Shown here piece by piece: positions 1 to 12,946 of a stretch of 64,000 nucleotides of DNA. The notes under the pieces were generated by a model. It was not told the origin of the DNA. It ran no database searches and saw nothing but the letters and a program-made list of their open reading frames with translations. Source of the stretch: Octopus vulgaris (lineage: Eukaryota). The translations under genes and the position numbers were made by a program. Location: the NCBI GenBank assembly GCA_951406725.2, contig OX597825.1:59272001-59336000 (forward strand). The letters are read 5' to 3'. Position 1 is the stretch's first letter. Each line of letters begins with the position of its first letter.

Positions 1-345
1 AGCTTGCAAGATGAGAGAAGTCTGAAACGTGGTCCTTTGCTATTCGTAAGACCTGCAGAAGAGAAAGCAAGTCAACCCCCGACACCGAGAGCATCGGCGG
101 ATGGATGAATGTGCATCCAGGCTCAGCGGTTGCATAGGAAGTCGGGGACAAGAAACAGGAAGAAAGAGTGAGAGAAAGTTGGGGCGAAAGAGTACAACAG
201 GGGTCGCCACCACCTCCTACCGGAGCCTCGTAGAGCTTTAGGTGTTTTCGCTCAATAAACACACACAACGCCCAGTCTGGGAATCGAAACCGCGATCCTC
301 CAACCGCGAGTCTGCTGCCCTAACCACTGGGCCATTGCACCTCCC
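1..345 (-). mobile_element. tRNA-derived SINE, head type C, with a different tail running off the window edge
   Basis: Minus strand starts GGAGGTGCAATGGCCCAGTGGTTAGG (A box) ... GTTTCGATTCCC (B box). The head is near-identical to 49163-49350, then diverges. Confidence 0.8.
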
Positions 346-714
346 TTGTTGTTGCTGCTGCTGTTGCTATTATTACAGTAATTGTTATTTCTAGATAGGG
401 GTGTATGCTGTAAGTACAAGTGTACCCTGCTTTTGTTGCTTATTATATTGTTGTCGTTGCTGATTTTATTGTTGTTATTTCTAGAAAGGGGTGTGTGCTC
501 TAAGTACAAGAAGGGTATCTTGATGCTATTGTTGTTGTTGTTGTTGATTCCAGAAAGGGGTGTGTGCTATAGGTACTAGAAGGGTGCCTTGACATAAGCA
601 TGTAATTGAGTAACTGTGCTGTGAGTCATGAAGAAGTTGAGAAGTTTTCTTCTACGGTTCTTTGTTTTTAAAAGTGCACCACATCTTGACTAAGTTCCTT
701 AAAGCAGACTGGGT

Positions 715-1100
715 TGGAGTGGCAGCAGTAGTGGTGGTGGTGGTGGTAGAGGAGGTAGTGGAGGTAGTGGTGAAAGAGGTGGTGTGTATGCTGGTCTTGA
801 TGGTTGTGGTGATGGTATTCTTGTTGTTGTTGGTGGTAGTGGTGAGTTATGGTGGTGAATGGTGGTGGTGGGGTTATAGTGGTGGTGTTAGTGGTGGTGG
901 TGGAAGAGGTGTGGTTGTAGTCATTATGGTGTAGCAATGGTGATGATAGTTATAGTGGTGGTGGTAGAGGAGGTAGTGGTAGTGGGGGTGGTAGGAGTGG
1001 CTGTTGTGGTGGTAGTTGTGGTGGTGTTGGTGTGAATGGTTTCAGTTGTGCGTGCTGGCAGTGGTGGTGGGGTGGGGTGATTGTGGTGATGGTGGGGGTG
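715..1100. repeat. Degenerate (GGT/GTA)n trinucleotide low-complexity tract
   Basis: Directly visible; explains the poly-V/H/T ORFs. Confidence 0.9.
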
Positions 1101-1623
1101 CAGGAGTGGGACTATGAGTTCTTGGCAATAAAATAAAATTAGGGGATTATGCAAGTCTGGCATCTGCCAGTGAAATTCCTTATGGAAGAGGGATATCAAA
1201 GTTTATGGGGGATGCTAGCACATTTGGTTAATGTGTGTGCTTGTGAGTACACGTTTGCATGCAAATTTTTTTTTGTGTGTGTGTTTATGTATGCATATAT
1301 CATCATCATCCATTTTTTGTCCATTTTCCATGCTGGCATGTGTTGGACAATTTGACCAGAGCTAACAAACCTGAGAGCTGCACCTGAATACAGTCTGATT
1401 TGGCTTGGTTTTTATGGTTGCATGCTCTTCCTAATGCCAACCACTATACAATGTGTTCTAGTTTGATATATATATATATATATCATCATTGTTTAATGTC
1501 TACCTTCCATACTGGCCTAGGTTGGATGGTTTGACTGGAGCTGGCCAGGTAGCCTGCATCAGATTTCTGTGTCAGTTTTGGCATGGTTTTACCGCTGGAT
1601 GCCCTTCCTAACACCAACCACCC

Positions 1624-1699
<76 letters not shown>

Positions 1700-1700
<1 letters not shown>

Positions 1701-2034
1701 AAGGCCCATGGCTCAGTGGTTAGAGCATTGGGCTTATGATCATGAGGTTGTGAGTTCGAATCCTGGACCTGGCTGTGTGTTATGTTCTTGAGCAAGACAC
1801 TTTATTTCACATTGCTCCAGTTTACTCAGCCGTAGAAATGAGTTGCAACATCATAGGTGCCAAGCTGTATCAGCCTTTGCCTTTCCCTTGGATAACACTA
1901 GTGGCATGGAGAGGGGAGGCCAGTATGCATGGGCGACTGCTGGTCTTTCATAAACAACCTTGCCTGGACTTGTGCCTGGGAGGGTAACTTTCTCGGTGCA
2001 ATTCCATGGTCAGTCATGACCGAAGGGGGTCTCA
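1700..2034 (+). mobile_element. tRNA-derived CORE-like SINE, head type D
   Basis: TGGCTCAGTGG A box, GAGTTCGAATCC B box, then TTCTTGAGCAAGACACTTTATTTCAC core-like segment. Related heads at about 4038-4280(+), 13610-13812(-), 24533-24790(+), 61405-61712(-). Confidence 0.8.
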
Positions 2035-2248
2035 GCATATAAATATATATATATATATACAAATTGAGAAAATGGAGAAATATATCTAAATCATTCATCA
2101 ACTATCAGATAATACTGAATCATATACTTTATTAAAATACTACACAAGAGCATTAAGATTAGACATTAATACAGCACAATAATTACAATCAATATAATGA
2201 GATATAACTAAATAAATATAACAAGGTATAAAAATACATATACATTAT

Positions 2249-2364
2249 AACTGACAGCTGTTTCGGCCATGCAGATAGGTATGTTTCATTTAACCTATAT
2301 TAGCCAAATATTGCAGGTATAAATGAGACATTAACAAAATTATCTTACGGCCTCTTCGGAGATT
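2249..2364 (-). ncRNA. Degenerate type-I hammerhead ribozyme in a ~330-bp element between (TA)n tracts
   Basis: Minus strand: ct-CCGAAGA-GGCC-(~80 nt)-GGCC-GAAAC-AGCT-GTC-ag. Palindromic loop 3 (ACAGCTGT); U4 replaced by C; short stem I. Confidence 0.6.
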
Positions 2365-2729
2365 CTAATGTAAGTATGAGTACATACCCAATATATATAT
2401 ATTTATATATACATACATACATACATACACACATACACAAGTATACCTCAACTTATGTTGTTTTGAGTTTAAGTCATTTTCGACTTAAAGTGTTTTTTTT
2501 TTATAAGAAATTAATGGTAAAAAAGGAGCCTCAACTTTGGTCAATTTATATGAACCTTATGTCAGACTTGGCAACTATATTTAAAAACAAAAATAATAAA
2601 AAAACAACAAAAGTACATAAAAACTGATACTAGAAAGGAAAATCAAATAAAGTAAGTGTGAAAATATTTAAAAATTATTTATTGAGGCAAAAACTAATAG
2701 ATTTTTTAAAAATGTAAACAGCTACAATA

Positions 2730-3030
2730 GCACCATCTTTTCTTCGTATGTGTACATTACAATCTCCAAACAAGAGTATCATGTTGTGTGTTGGTATTGA
2801 GCAAACTACATCAGCAAGTTTGCTATAATGTTCTTCAGCATCTCTTGAGCTTTCAGCCAGGGCATAAGGCACAATGACTGTTGTAGCTGGGTTTCCACCA
2901 AAGTTTGCAGTCAAAATTCTGTTGTTGACACATATCATACTGGTGAGTGCTATTTCAGCATTCTTATCAGCGATGATTCCCATACCACTGTTTGTACCAC
3001 TGATCTCATTCTTGTTTACATTTATTTATG
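2730..3030 (-). pseudogene. RTE-type LINE AP-endonuclease remnant
   Basis: Translation GMGII...NNRILTANFGGNPATTVIVPYA...IPTHNMILLFGDCNVHI matches APE motifs (GVG, YAP, GDFNA). Confidence 0.75.
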
Positions 3031-3422
3031 AGACTTACTGCCCTGATAGCTTCCAGCATTTCATTGCAAAGTAGCATTATAGTTTGCACCAGGAAGTTCA
3101 GATGTATGTTTGTATTTATTATATACTAGCTGCCCCTGTGCCATCAAAAATGATGGCTAATTGTAGTATTTTATATATAAGTAAGGACATAAGATAGTCT
3201 ATGGATGGTAATTCAAATTAATACACTTCTCAATGTTATCTAGTAGTTGTATTTTGAAATTTAACATTGATCATCATTTGTTACTGAAAGAACGTTGGTT
3301 CACACATACATTCACATACTTCCTTTGTATATGCACACATATACACACATATACTCACACAGAGTTGAAAAGCTGTTTGATTTTTCTTTTCAGCATTGAA
3401 TGTTCACCATCCCACTTCCATT

Positions 3423-3465
<43 letters not shown>

Positions 3466-4744
3466 AACATACCTCCCTTTTACATATGCACACATATACT
3501 CATGCAGAGTTGAAACGCTGTTTGATTATTTTTCACTGTAGAATTTCCATCATCCCACTACCAGTTTGCCATCACCCCTTCATCTATTATTCATCTATTA
3601 CCCCTTCCTTTCTCATTCATATGTTGTGATGGAGAAAAACACAGAGCATTATTATAGTAGATTGATGTTCTTCCTGTGTGTCTCTGAAGACGACAAGATT
3701 AGCAGTTTTACTCTTTATGGGTTCTGAGATAGCTTATTAGACTAATATTTGTTTTCAAATTTCCGCACAAGGCCAGCAAGGTCCGGGGTGTTGGGGGTTG
3801 GGTAGGGGATTAAGTCGATTACATCAACTGCTAGTGTTCAACTGGTACTTACTTTATTGATTCCAAAAAGATGACAGGCAAAGTCAACCTCAGTGGAGTT
3901 TGAACTCAGACCTTTAAAGATGGATGAAATGCCACTGAGCATTTTACCTAGCGTGCTAATGTTTCTGCCAGCTCACTGCCATACATGTATGTGTACTCAT
4001 ATGTGTGTGTGTGTGTGTGTGCATGTATGTATTATCTGGAGGTGTGTGCTTAGTGGTTAGAGAGTTGCTCTCATGATCATAATATTATGATTCTTACTCA
4101 TGGTTTGGGCAATGAGCTTTGTTCTCAAGCAAAATTCTTCATTTTACATTGCTTCAGGACAATCAACTGTCAAAAATGAATAATCCTATGATGGACTAGT
4201 ATCTTGTCCAGGGGTAATATATACACCACAGAATCCACGAGACCAGCCTTATGAACTTAGTATTCAAAAAGGAACTTTGATTTTTTTATTATATATAAAT
4301 AGTATATTGGCTTGCTCGCTTAGCCAGTGGGGTGATGTCATTTGAAGGTTAAAACAATGCCAAGCGCATTGTGACCAGCAATGTGTAGCAACATCTGATA
4401 GCCTGGTCGGAAGAGAAAGAGAAAGGAAGAAGAGATATAAATAATATATATATATATGAATAAGTTATGTATATCTTTGTACAATTAAAACAGCAAAGCA
4501 GTGTGATAAAAGTAGTAACAATATAAGTGGCAAAATGTATGTACATATGAGTATGTGCATGAATATGCTTGCATATGTGTGTAAGTATATGTGTGTGTGT
4601 TAAAATATGTGTGTATGTGTGCATATATGTGTATGCATGTAATGAATCCAGTTTATATATGATAGAAGCATAACCTGCAAGGAATTAGTAATAAGGGCCT
4701 GTGTATGTATACGCAGGTATATATTTATGCATGTATGTTTCTAT

Positions 4745-4980
4745 ATATTTCTTTACTGCCCACAAGGGGCTAAACATGGAGGGGACAAACAAGGAGAGAC
4801 AATCGGATTAAGTCGATTACACTGACCCCAGTGTGAAACTGGTACTTTATTTATCGACCCTGAAAAGATGAAAGGCTAAGTCAACCTTGGCGGAATTTGA
4901 ACTCAGAACGTAACGACAGATGAAATACTGCTAAGCATTTTGCCCGGCGCACTAACGTTTCTGCCAACTTGCTGCCTTAT
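4745..4980 (-). mobile_element. Nin-domain tRNA SINE (family B)
   Basis: Reverse complement of the 25389-25621 element. Decayed copies also at about 3750-3980, 18540-18740, 20420-20632, 23738-23930, 41455-41652, 60525-60712. Confidence 0.85.
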
Positions 4981-5292
4981 GTTTCTATATATAGGGCACA
5001 GAATGATTTGTGTGTGTGTGTGTGTATGTGTAAGCATGCAGGCACATGTGTGCATATGGGTGTTGTGGTTATTGTCAGACAGATCTCCACTAAAAGCATC
5101 CCACCCATGCCCATCCAGTCGTCTTACTTTGTTCAGAGTACCCAGGCCCAGATTATCGAAGTCATTCTTTTCTAAGATGGTGGGGTAGAATTTGAGCAAG
5201 GATTGATTGTGTTTTCTAGCATATCACCTGACCACATAGATGTTCCCTCGTTGGTTCATGTATATGTATGTGTGTTTTTAAGTGAGATGTAG

Positions 5293-5332
<40 letters not shown>

Positions 5333-5659
5333 TTGTGAATGTTCCATCTACCATTTGTAAACATACACAAAAGGGTAGACATAGTAGCAAGTGGTAATGG
5401 TGGGAGCATAAGTAGGTGAGCATGTGTGTATGCATGTGTGTGCATATGTGAGTGTGTGCATGAGTGCATGCGTGCAACCAATCTCCAAGTGTAAACGAGA
5501 TGCAATAATAAGGGTGTGGCAGTTTCCACCCTGATATCATGAAACTTCTCATTCCAAATCCTTTTATTCACATAAATATCCTGGTGAGTGTAAAGGAAGG
5601 GGTTTTTTTATGTGCATAGTTGAGTACATATATGTATATGCAAGTGAGGGGTGGGCGGG

Positions 5660-6443
5660 CAGAAAGAGAGAGAGTAATAGAAAGAGAGAGAGTATAAGAA
5701 AGAGAGAGAGAGTAAAAGAAAGAGAGTAATAGAAGGAGAGAGAGTAAAAGAAAGAAAGAGAGAGAGAGAGTAAAAGGAAAAGAGAGAGAGAGTAAAAGAA
5801 AGAGAGAGAGTGTATGTTTTGTAGATCTTTGTATGTAGAGAGAAGTGTAAATATGAATATTTATGTAGGAATATATTTACAAGCGTATATATTTATGTAT
5901 GTACAGACATACATGTGTATGTATATATGTATGTATGAATGTATGTATAAAAGTATGTATGTATGTATGTATGTATGTATGCATGCATGCATGTATGTTT
6001 GTGTGTGTGTATGTATGTATGTATGCATACATATACACATGCATGTATGTATGTATGTATGTATGTATGCATGTATGTATGTATGCATGTACGTGTGTAT
6101 GTATCTATGTATCTATGTATAAAATTGTGTGTGTGTGTATGCATTTATGTATGTGTGTATGTATGTATCTCTGTATAAATTTGTGTGTGTGTGTGTGTGG
6201 AGAGAGAGAGAGCTTTAGAAATCTGTGTGCATAGAGGTAAATATATGTATATGTAGGAATATTTTTGTAATTATATATGCATATGTATGCATGTATGTAT
6301 GTATGTATGTATGTATTTATGTATGTATGTATGTATGTATGTATTTATGTATGTATGGATGAATGTATGTATGCATGCATGTTTGTGTATGTGTGCAGTT
6401 GAGTATGTATGAGAATATAGTGCTGATAGATTTGTGTATGTGT

Positions 6444-6478
<35 letters not shown>

Positions 6479-6480
6479 TC
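5660..6480. repeat. (GA)n-rich and (TATG)n microsatellite block
   Basis: Directly visible. Confidence 0.9.
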
Positions 6481-6863
6481 TCTGTATGTCTGCATGCACT
6501 TGTTTTATTATCATGCACATATTTTAGGATATGACCAAGACCAGCTTTGATTAAAGATACTTCATCCATGACCTGCTCATTTTTCAAGAAGATGTCTTTT
6601 TGGTATATCTTTGTCTAATGTGTTCTTTTGTTCAAGACGTTTTCTTGTCAAACTCTGCCAAGTTTCCAACCAGTCTCTTGCATGTGATCTCACCTTCAGT
6701 GTTTCTGGCCACGCCTTCCTGCAGAATCTGGAAGTTACATGCAAGACATGACAATAGGCTGAACTGATGCAAACTTATAGGAACCACAAACAGACTGAAA
6801 ATTTTCATTGCAGCATTTAGGGTATCATGGACATTTGTACTAATAAAGTACTAATACTTTATT

Positions 6864-7020
6864 AGGCGCAGGAGTGGCCGTGTGGTAAGTAGCTTGCTAA
6901 CCAACCACATGGTTCCGGGTTCAGTCCCACTGCGTGGCATCTTGGGCAAGTGTCTTCTGCTATAGCCCCGGGCCAACCAATGCCTTGTGACGGAAACTGA
7001 AAGAAGCCTGTCGTATATAT

Positions 7021-7054
<34 letters not shown>

Positions 7055-7272
7055 CTGTGTTTGTGTGTCTGTGTTTGTCTCCCTAGCATTGCTTGACAAC
7101 CAATGTTGTTGTGTTTACGTCCCCGTCACTTAGCAGTTCAGCAAAAGAGACCGATAGAATAAGTACTGGGCTTATAAAGAATAAGTCCCAGGGTCGATTT
7201 GCTCGACTAAAGGCGGTGCTCCAGCATGGCCGCAGTCAAATGACTGAAACAAGTAAAAGAGAGAGAGTAAAG
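6864..7272 (+). mobile_element. tRNA/CORE SINE (family A) with internal (TA)n(TG)n tract
   Basis: GGCGCAGGAGTGGCCGTGTGG head, GGTTCAGTCCC B box, CTTGGGCAAGTGTCTTC core, GTAAAAGA-type tail; more than 12 copies in the window. Confidence 0.9.
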
Positions 7273-7934
7273 AGTATACTACCACATATCCCCCTCTCCT
7301 TCCATCTGTCACATCCTGTATATTCTACAGCATCAAAGTGCAGAGGCCAAGAGAGTGGTTGTGTGTGTCTCTTTGTGACTAAGGGGCACCTAAAACAACA
7401 AGTGAAAACATGAGTCGTGCCACCAAGCTGTAGTTTCTCCTCATGCTATAAAGACTTTGGAATCCATCCATCTCAATTTTTCTCACAGGTGTCAATTTAC
7501 AAAAGTTCAAACCAACATCATTTCTACCAAATATTTTACAATTCTCAAAGCTCATGGACACTATACCAACTGGATAGTTCACCATCAGTTTCAGCAATGT
7601 GGATTCAGTTGTGCATGCAGGTTTTTGTTAATCTTACTAGCAACATTGCCCACTCTACTATTTTCTCTCATTTATAGGGGCCACTTTAGCTCCTTAGCCT
7701 TTCAAGTTATGAGATGACCATCACTAGTCTCACTGCCATCAGAAAAGCACTTAATACATTCTTTACAGTAGTCAGTGTTAGACAAGGAATTCAGCCATAG
7801 AATCCTTACCAAAACAGACATTAGAGCATGACACAGTCTTCAACCTGTCAGATCTTGTCAAACTGTTTAATCTATGCTATCATGGAAGTCAGATGTCAAA
7901 TTATGATGATGATAAGGATGCTAATGATATTCAA

Positions 7935-8240
7935 ACGTGATCGTTACCAGCAATCTAGCACTTGTGCTGGTGGCATGTGAAAAACATTCGAGCGAGGTCA
8001 TTGCCAGTGCCGCTGGACTGGCTCCTGTGCAGGTGGCATGTAAAAAACACCACTTGAGCATGGCCGTTACCAGTACCGCCTGACTGGCCCTTGTGCTGGT
8101 GGCGTTAGGAAGGGCATCCAGCTGTAGAAACTCTGCCAGATCAGATTGGAGCCTAGTACAGCCATCTGGTTCGCCAGTCCTCAGTCAAATCGTCCAACTC
8201 ATGCTAGCATGGAAAGCGGACATTAAACAATGATGATGAT
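7935..8240 (+). mobile_element. 5'-truncated RTE LINE 3' UTR ending in (GAT)n
   Basis: Matches 32400-32657. Other copies at about 1300-1445(-), 1483-1620(-), 10040-10310(+), 11117-11460(-), 18960-19330(+), 33995-34365(-), 36800-37140(-), 38014-38330(-). Confidence 0.85.
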
Positions 8241-9104
8241 ATATTTAAATAAGCATTACATGTTATCAAAGATTGGGCTCAGTAGTGGGTTCTACACTCC
8301 AATATCCAGTGTAGTATGACATGGGACATCAACATTAGGATAGGCTTGTGTATGGAATCCTTACTATATTATGACATGAGAGGTTGTTGATAATTTGCAT
8401 AACAGGGAAAATGTATATATTAGGAGGGGAGTTTTTAATATCTGCTATAGTATTATTATGGGGTACTGATGAGGTGAAGTACAAGATTGCATATTGTTTT
8501 AACAACTGTTGTGTAATTACTACAACATTTTGTTGAAACATGTGTATGTTCTATAAAGTATTAAATAACATACTTGTTTTGAGCTTAAGTATTATTTCTC
8601 TCTCTCTCTCACTTTCTTTAGCTGTTGTCTATCCCTATCTCTCTCACTCTTTTTAGCTGTCTATCTCTATCTCTCTCTATATATATGTTAGAGAGAAACT
8701 TTTCAACTGTTTCCATCTCTCAGATTCAACTTACAATGCATCCCAATGCTATAGCAGTTAAGATACTCACCCAAAGTGCCATCCAGCAGGAATGATCCTG
8801 AAACCATATTCCTCACAAAGCAAACTGTCTGACCACACAGTTATGCCTACACTTTGTATGCAAACATATAAATCAATGCCTAATATTTTATTATCTAACT
8901 GTATTAAACATTAGAAACACTAATTTCAGCTTGTTCAGGCATGTCCTTATAGCTTTATAGACTTAAATTAGCTTTATATTATCCATACCGCCTACACATA
9001 GATACATATGCATCTATTGTTTAGGTGTATTTCATAGTACAAAATACCAAAATACCCAATAGCCTAGTGTCGGAAAATATATTATTTAGTGTAATGTAGA
9101 TTTG

Positions 9105-9148
<44 letters not shown>

Positions 9149-9231
9149 ATAAAATCGTTAATTTAATTATCGATCTTATCAAGTGGCCAGCATGGGAATA
9201 AAAGCCTTCAAACGTAATAATTATTATTAAA

Positions 9232-9413
9232 ATTATAATTTTGGGTATCTAAGAGATACCTCCACGCTGGAAATAGCAGCCAAAACTTGACTCTAAAACC
9301 ACATTAAATGTTCATACGAAACACATGAAATGTTCATATGAACATTTAATGTGGTTTTTGAGTCAAGTTTTGGCTGCTATTTCCAGCGTGGAGGTATCTC
9401 TTAGGTACCCTAA

Positions 9414-9420
<7 letters not shown>
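9232..9420. repeat. Long near-perfect inverted repeat (~80-bp arms) next to (TA)n/(TAA)n
   Basis: GGGTATCTAAGAGATACCTCCACGCTGGAAATAGCAGCCAAAACTTGACTC...GTTCATA (9243-9316) is mirrored at 9337-9410. Confidence 0.9.
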
Positions 9421-9445
<25 letters not shown>

Positions 9446-10619
9446 TATATATAAGGAAAACAAAACTAGATACCTTCTCAATCTGTTGATAACTAACACA
9501 TACACTCACATACACATGCACACACATTACTTTAGGATGGCTATAGTGCCAATTAATGTATGTGTGTGTGTGTGTGTGCGCGCATGTGTGTATATTTATG
9601 CCTGTGTCTTCTTGTCCTGATATTGCCCGATAGCTGTAAATGAGTGTCAGCATCATACATTCATTGACAGTAATCTGCGAAAATATGTCTGGCCAAGGGG
9701 AAACATTGCTTTTGTTTGGGAACAGAAGAGTAAGTTTTTTTTTCAGACTTGTGAACAACTGAGCAATATACATACATACACACATACATAGGTGTATGTG
9801 TGTCTGTGTGTGTTATAATAATAATGATAATAATAATCCATGAATGGAATTTATAAATATTTTAATGCAGCTCAGTGCAACCCCCAAAGCACTGCCATTG
9901 CCAGTTGATACCATTAGGCTGTAGCTGGCATAATAAAATAGGAGTTTTTATAGGCATATTCAAAAACATTTCCCATAGACGAATTTAAAGGATATATATG
10001 TATATATATATGTGTATGTATGTATATGTATGTATATGACCAGCATCACCTTACTGGCATCTATGCCGGTGGCATGTGTAAAAAGATTTGAGCAAGGTCA
10101 TTGCCAGTACCGTCTGACTGGCCCATGTGCTGGTGGTACATAAAAGCACCCACTACACTCTCAGAGTGGTTGGCATTAGGAAGGGCATCCAGCTGTAGAA
10201 ACTCTGCCAGATCAAGATTGGAGCCTGGTGTAGCCACCTGGTTTGCCAGCCCTCAGTCAAATCGTCCAGCCCATGCTAGCATGGAAAGTAGATGTTAAAC
10301 GATGATGATGTATGTGTATGTATATGTATATATCTTTTTGTGTTTTTTTTTGTGCTTGTGTTTGTCTCCTGCCACCACTTACTTGACAACCGGTGTTGGT
10401 TTGTTTATGTCTGTGCAACTTAACAATTGAGCAAAAACAGATTGATTGAATAAGTACCAGGCTTAAAAATAAGTACAGGGTTTAATTTGTTTGACATAAC
10501 CCTTCAAGGCTCCAGTATGACCAAAGTCCAAGGTCAGCAGGAAGTGATACAGTAGGTGTTCTAACTGCGTCCATGTGCTGGGATCCATCCACCATCTACA
10601 GAAACAGAGCCTTAGGCTC

Positions 10620-11108
10620 ATTTCAGATGGCTAAATGAAGCTGCTGGAGGCTGTGGTCAAATCCCGGCATGAGAGGGTTACTGCTGAAAGGCCACGTGTG
10701 TTGCAGTAGGATTAGGTTCCTTGCCATACCTTTGGAAAGAGTCAAAAGTGGTTGTTTGTGAAATTCTATGACTTCACCAGCTCCAATTTCTAGCCTCATA
10801 ATTCTCCTGATTGTAATCCCATGAATTACTATGTGTAAGATGTGTTTTAGAAAGGCACCAACAGCTCTACTTGCAACACCAAGGCTGAGCTGGTTGCCAA
10901 GATGAAGGTGCTTGAAAATCTTCCTAGAGAAGAATGCATGTTGTAGGTTCCAGAACTGCTTTAAGGTTGTGGTGGATGCTGATGGTGGCTATACTGATTA
11001 AGCTGTTATCTCCCAGCTATAATCTAGTTGATAATTTTATTTTTGGATGGGATATCTGGGTTTATTCTTCTTTTATGCATGCTGTCAAATATTGCCTAAG
11101 CATCCTGT
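10620..11108 (+). pseudogene. Tc1/mariner DD37D (maT-type) transposase C-terminal remnant with probable right end
   Basis: LQ*D*VPCHT...F*PHNSPDCNPMNYYV*: 37 residues between the second D and the third catalytic position (now N). Ends ...VVVDADGGYTD*; multiple stops. Confidence 0.75.
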
Positions 11109-11614
11109 TAATATTATCATCATCATCGTTTAGCATCTGTTTTCCATGCTGGCATGGGTTGGATGGTTTGACTGGTGTCTGGAAAGCCAGGATGCTGCAC
11201 CAGGTTCCAGTCTGATCTAGCAGTGTTTCTACAGCTGGATGCCCTTCCTAACACTAACCACTCCGAGAGTGTAGGGGGGTGCTTTTTATGTGCCACCAGC
11301 ACTGAAACGAGTCAAGGCGGCACTGACATCAGCCACATTTGGATGGTACTTACGTGCCACTGGCACGGGGATCACAACTACAATTTCCATTTGATTTTGA
11401 TTTGATGTACTTGACTCAATAGGTCTCCTTAAGTACACCATGTTGCTCTATGATCCAAGGTACTTTTGAGTGGGCATCAGATAAAAAACGCTTTGCACAT
11501 CTCAATGAAGCATCAATGCATCAAAGGCTTTGATGTAAAACAGTTGCAGGAGGCTACCAAAAAGGAAATTTGGTGTCAACTTGAAGAATAGCTTGATGAG
11601 GACTACAATTTGCT

Positions 11615-12068
11615 GGTCAAGAAAATATTCACTCTAACACAGCTCATAGAGCGAGCAAACAAATTCAAGCTTCCTCTATGTATTGCTTTTGTTGATTATA
11701 AAAAGGCTTTTGATTGAGATGAATGCAGTGTTGAAATCTCTGGAAATGCATGGTGCCAAGGTGTAATACATCAATATGTTGAGATATATGCACTCTGGAT
11801 GCACAACAGATATCACTCTGTTATCACTTCCAGTAAGGGTCCAAACTGAGAGGGGTGTCAAGCAAGGAGATACCATCTCTCCTAAGCTCTTTACTGCATG
11901 TCTAGAAATGTCATCAAGGATATTGACTAGACAGGTGTCATGAACATTAATGGTGAGCAACAAACAAGCTTTTGTTTTACAGATGATACTGTACTCATCA
12001 CTGAGACCACAAACTACTTGCAGTTCATGCTGACAGAGCTGGAGACTCAGAGCTTAGCAGCAGGTCTT
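11615..12068 (+). pseudogene. RTE-type LINE reverse transcriptase remnant
   Basis: IFTLTQLIERANKFKLPLCIAFVDYKKAFD...RGVKQGDTISPKLFTACLE...FTDDTVLI, with frameshifts and stops. Confidence 0.9.
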
Positions 12069-12333
12069 ATATATATATATATATATCCGTATGTATAGGT
12101 ATCAAGTTAGAGGAGTTTAATACCTCTAAGTGATAATTAAATCCAGAGTCGCTCCTGGCTATTAGCTGGGTAGATACAATCTTTTGAAAGATTGCACAGT
12201 AGCAAGTGGTTCGGTTGGTAAACCGGAGTTTAGGTTATATACGAGAAGAAAATGGATATAATAACAATGGAAAACTCATGGTTTACACTGGCATGTCTTT
12301 AATTAAATAGGTTAACAAAGAAGTAAGAGGGTG

Positions 12334-12384
12334 GCATTTACGATCGTTTCGATTTACTGGAGTAAGTAAATCTCTCCAGAATGC
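12334..12384 (-). ncRNA. Type-I hammerhead ribozyme fold with one core substitution
   Basis: Minus strand: GCATT-CTGGAGA-GATTTAC-ttactcca-GTAAATC-GAAAC-GATC-GTA-AATGC. Perfect 5-bp stem I and 7-bp stem II, palindromic loop 3; A6 is G. Confidence 0.8.
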
Positions 12385-12595
12385 GAGTATGGATAGATGC
12401 ATCAGTTAGGATGCGAAAATGATTGATACATATGTGATGGTAATGTAAACAAACTGGTAATTCTTACATTGAAATTTTGTTCTTGCACTGGTAAATTCAT
12501 TGGGTAGAGGTTTGCTTGTGGTAGATTGGTTAGTTTCGTTAGGTAATTAGGGCAGGGTGAGTATTATTTAGATGTAGGTTACCTTGTTTAGTTAA

Positions 12596-12643
<48 letters not shown>

Positions 12644-12856
12644 GACAGGCTTACAGTCTTTTTTCAGTTACTGTCAACCAAAACCATTCAGAAGGCTTTG
12701 ATCAGATCAAGACTGTTGTAGTTGACAATTGCCAAACACTGGAACTGAACCTGGAACCATGTAGATGAGAAGTGAACTTTTAACACAGTTATGTTTCATA
12801 CTTTCTCCACCACATAAAGTTCTATCGGGTTATTCTGTAGTATATGATAGTAGCAT

Positions 12857-12946
<90 letters not shown>

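Noticed and set aside
1-42. AAGATGA-GAGAAGTCT-GAAAC-GTG-GTC resembling a hammerhead
   Set aside because: It lacks the CU of CUGANGA and a properly placed stem I.
3125-3160. Possible minus-strand Helitron 3' end (CTAG plus GCCATC/GATGGC hairpin)
   Set aside because: No matching 5' end or second copy was identified.
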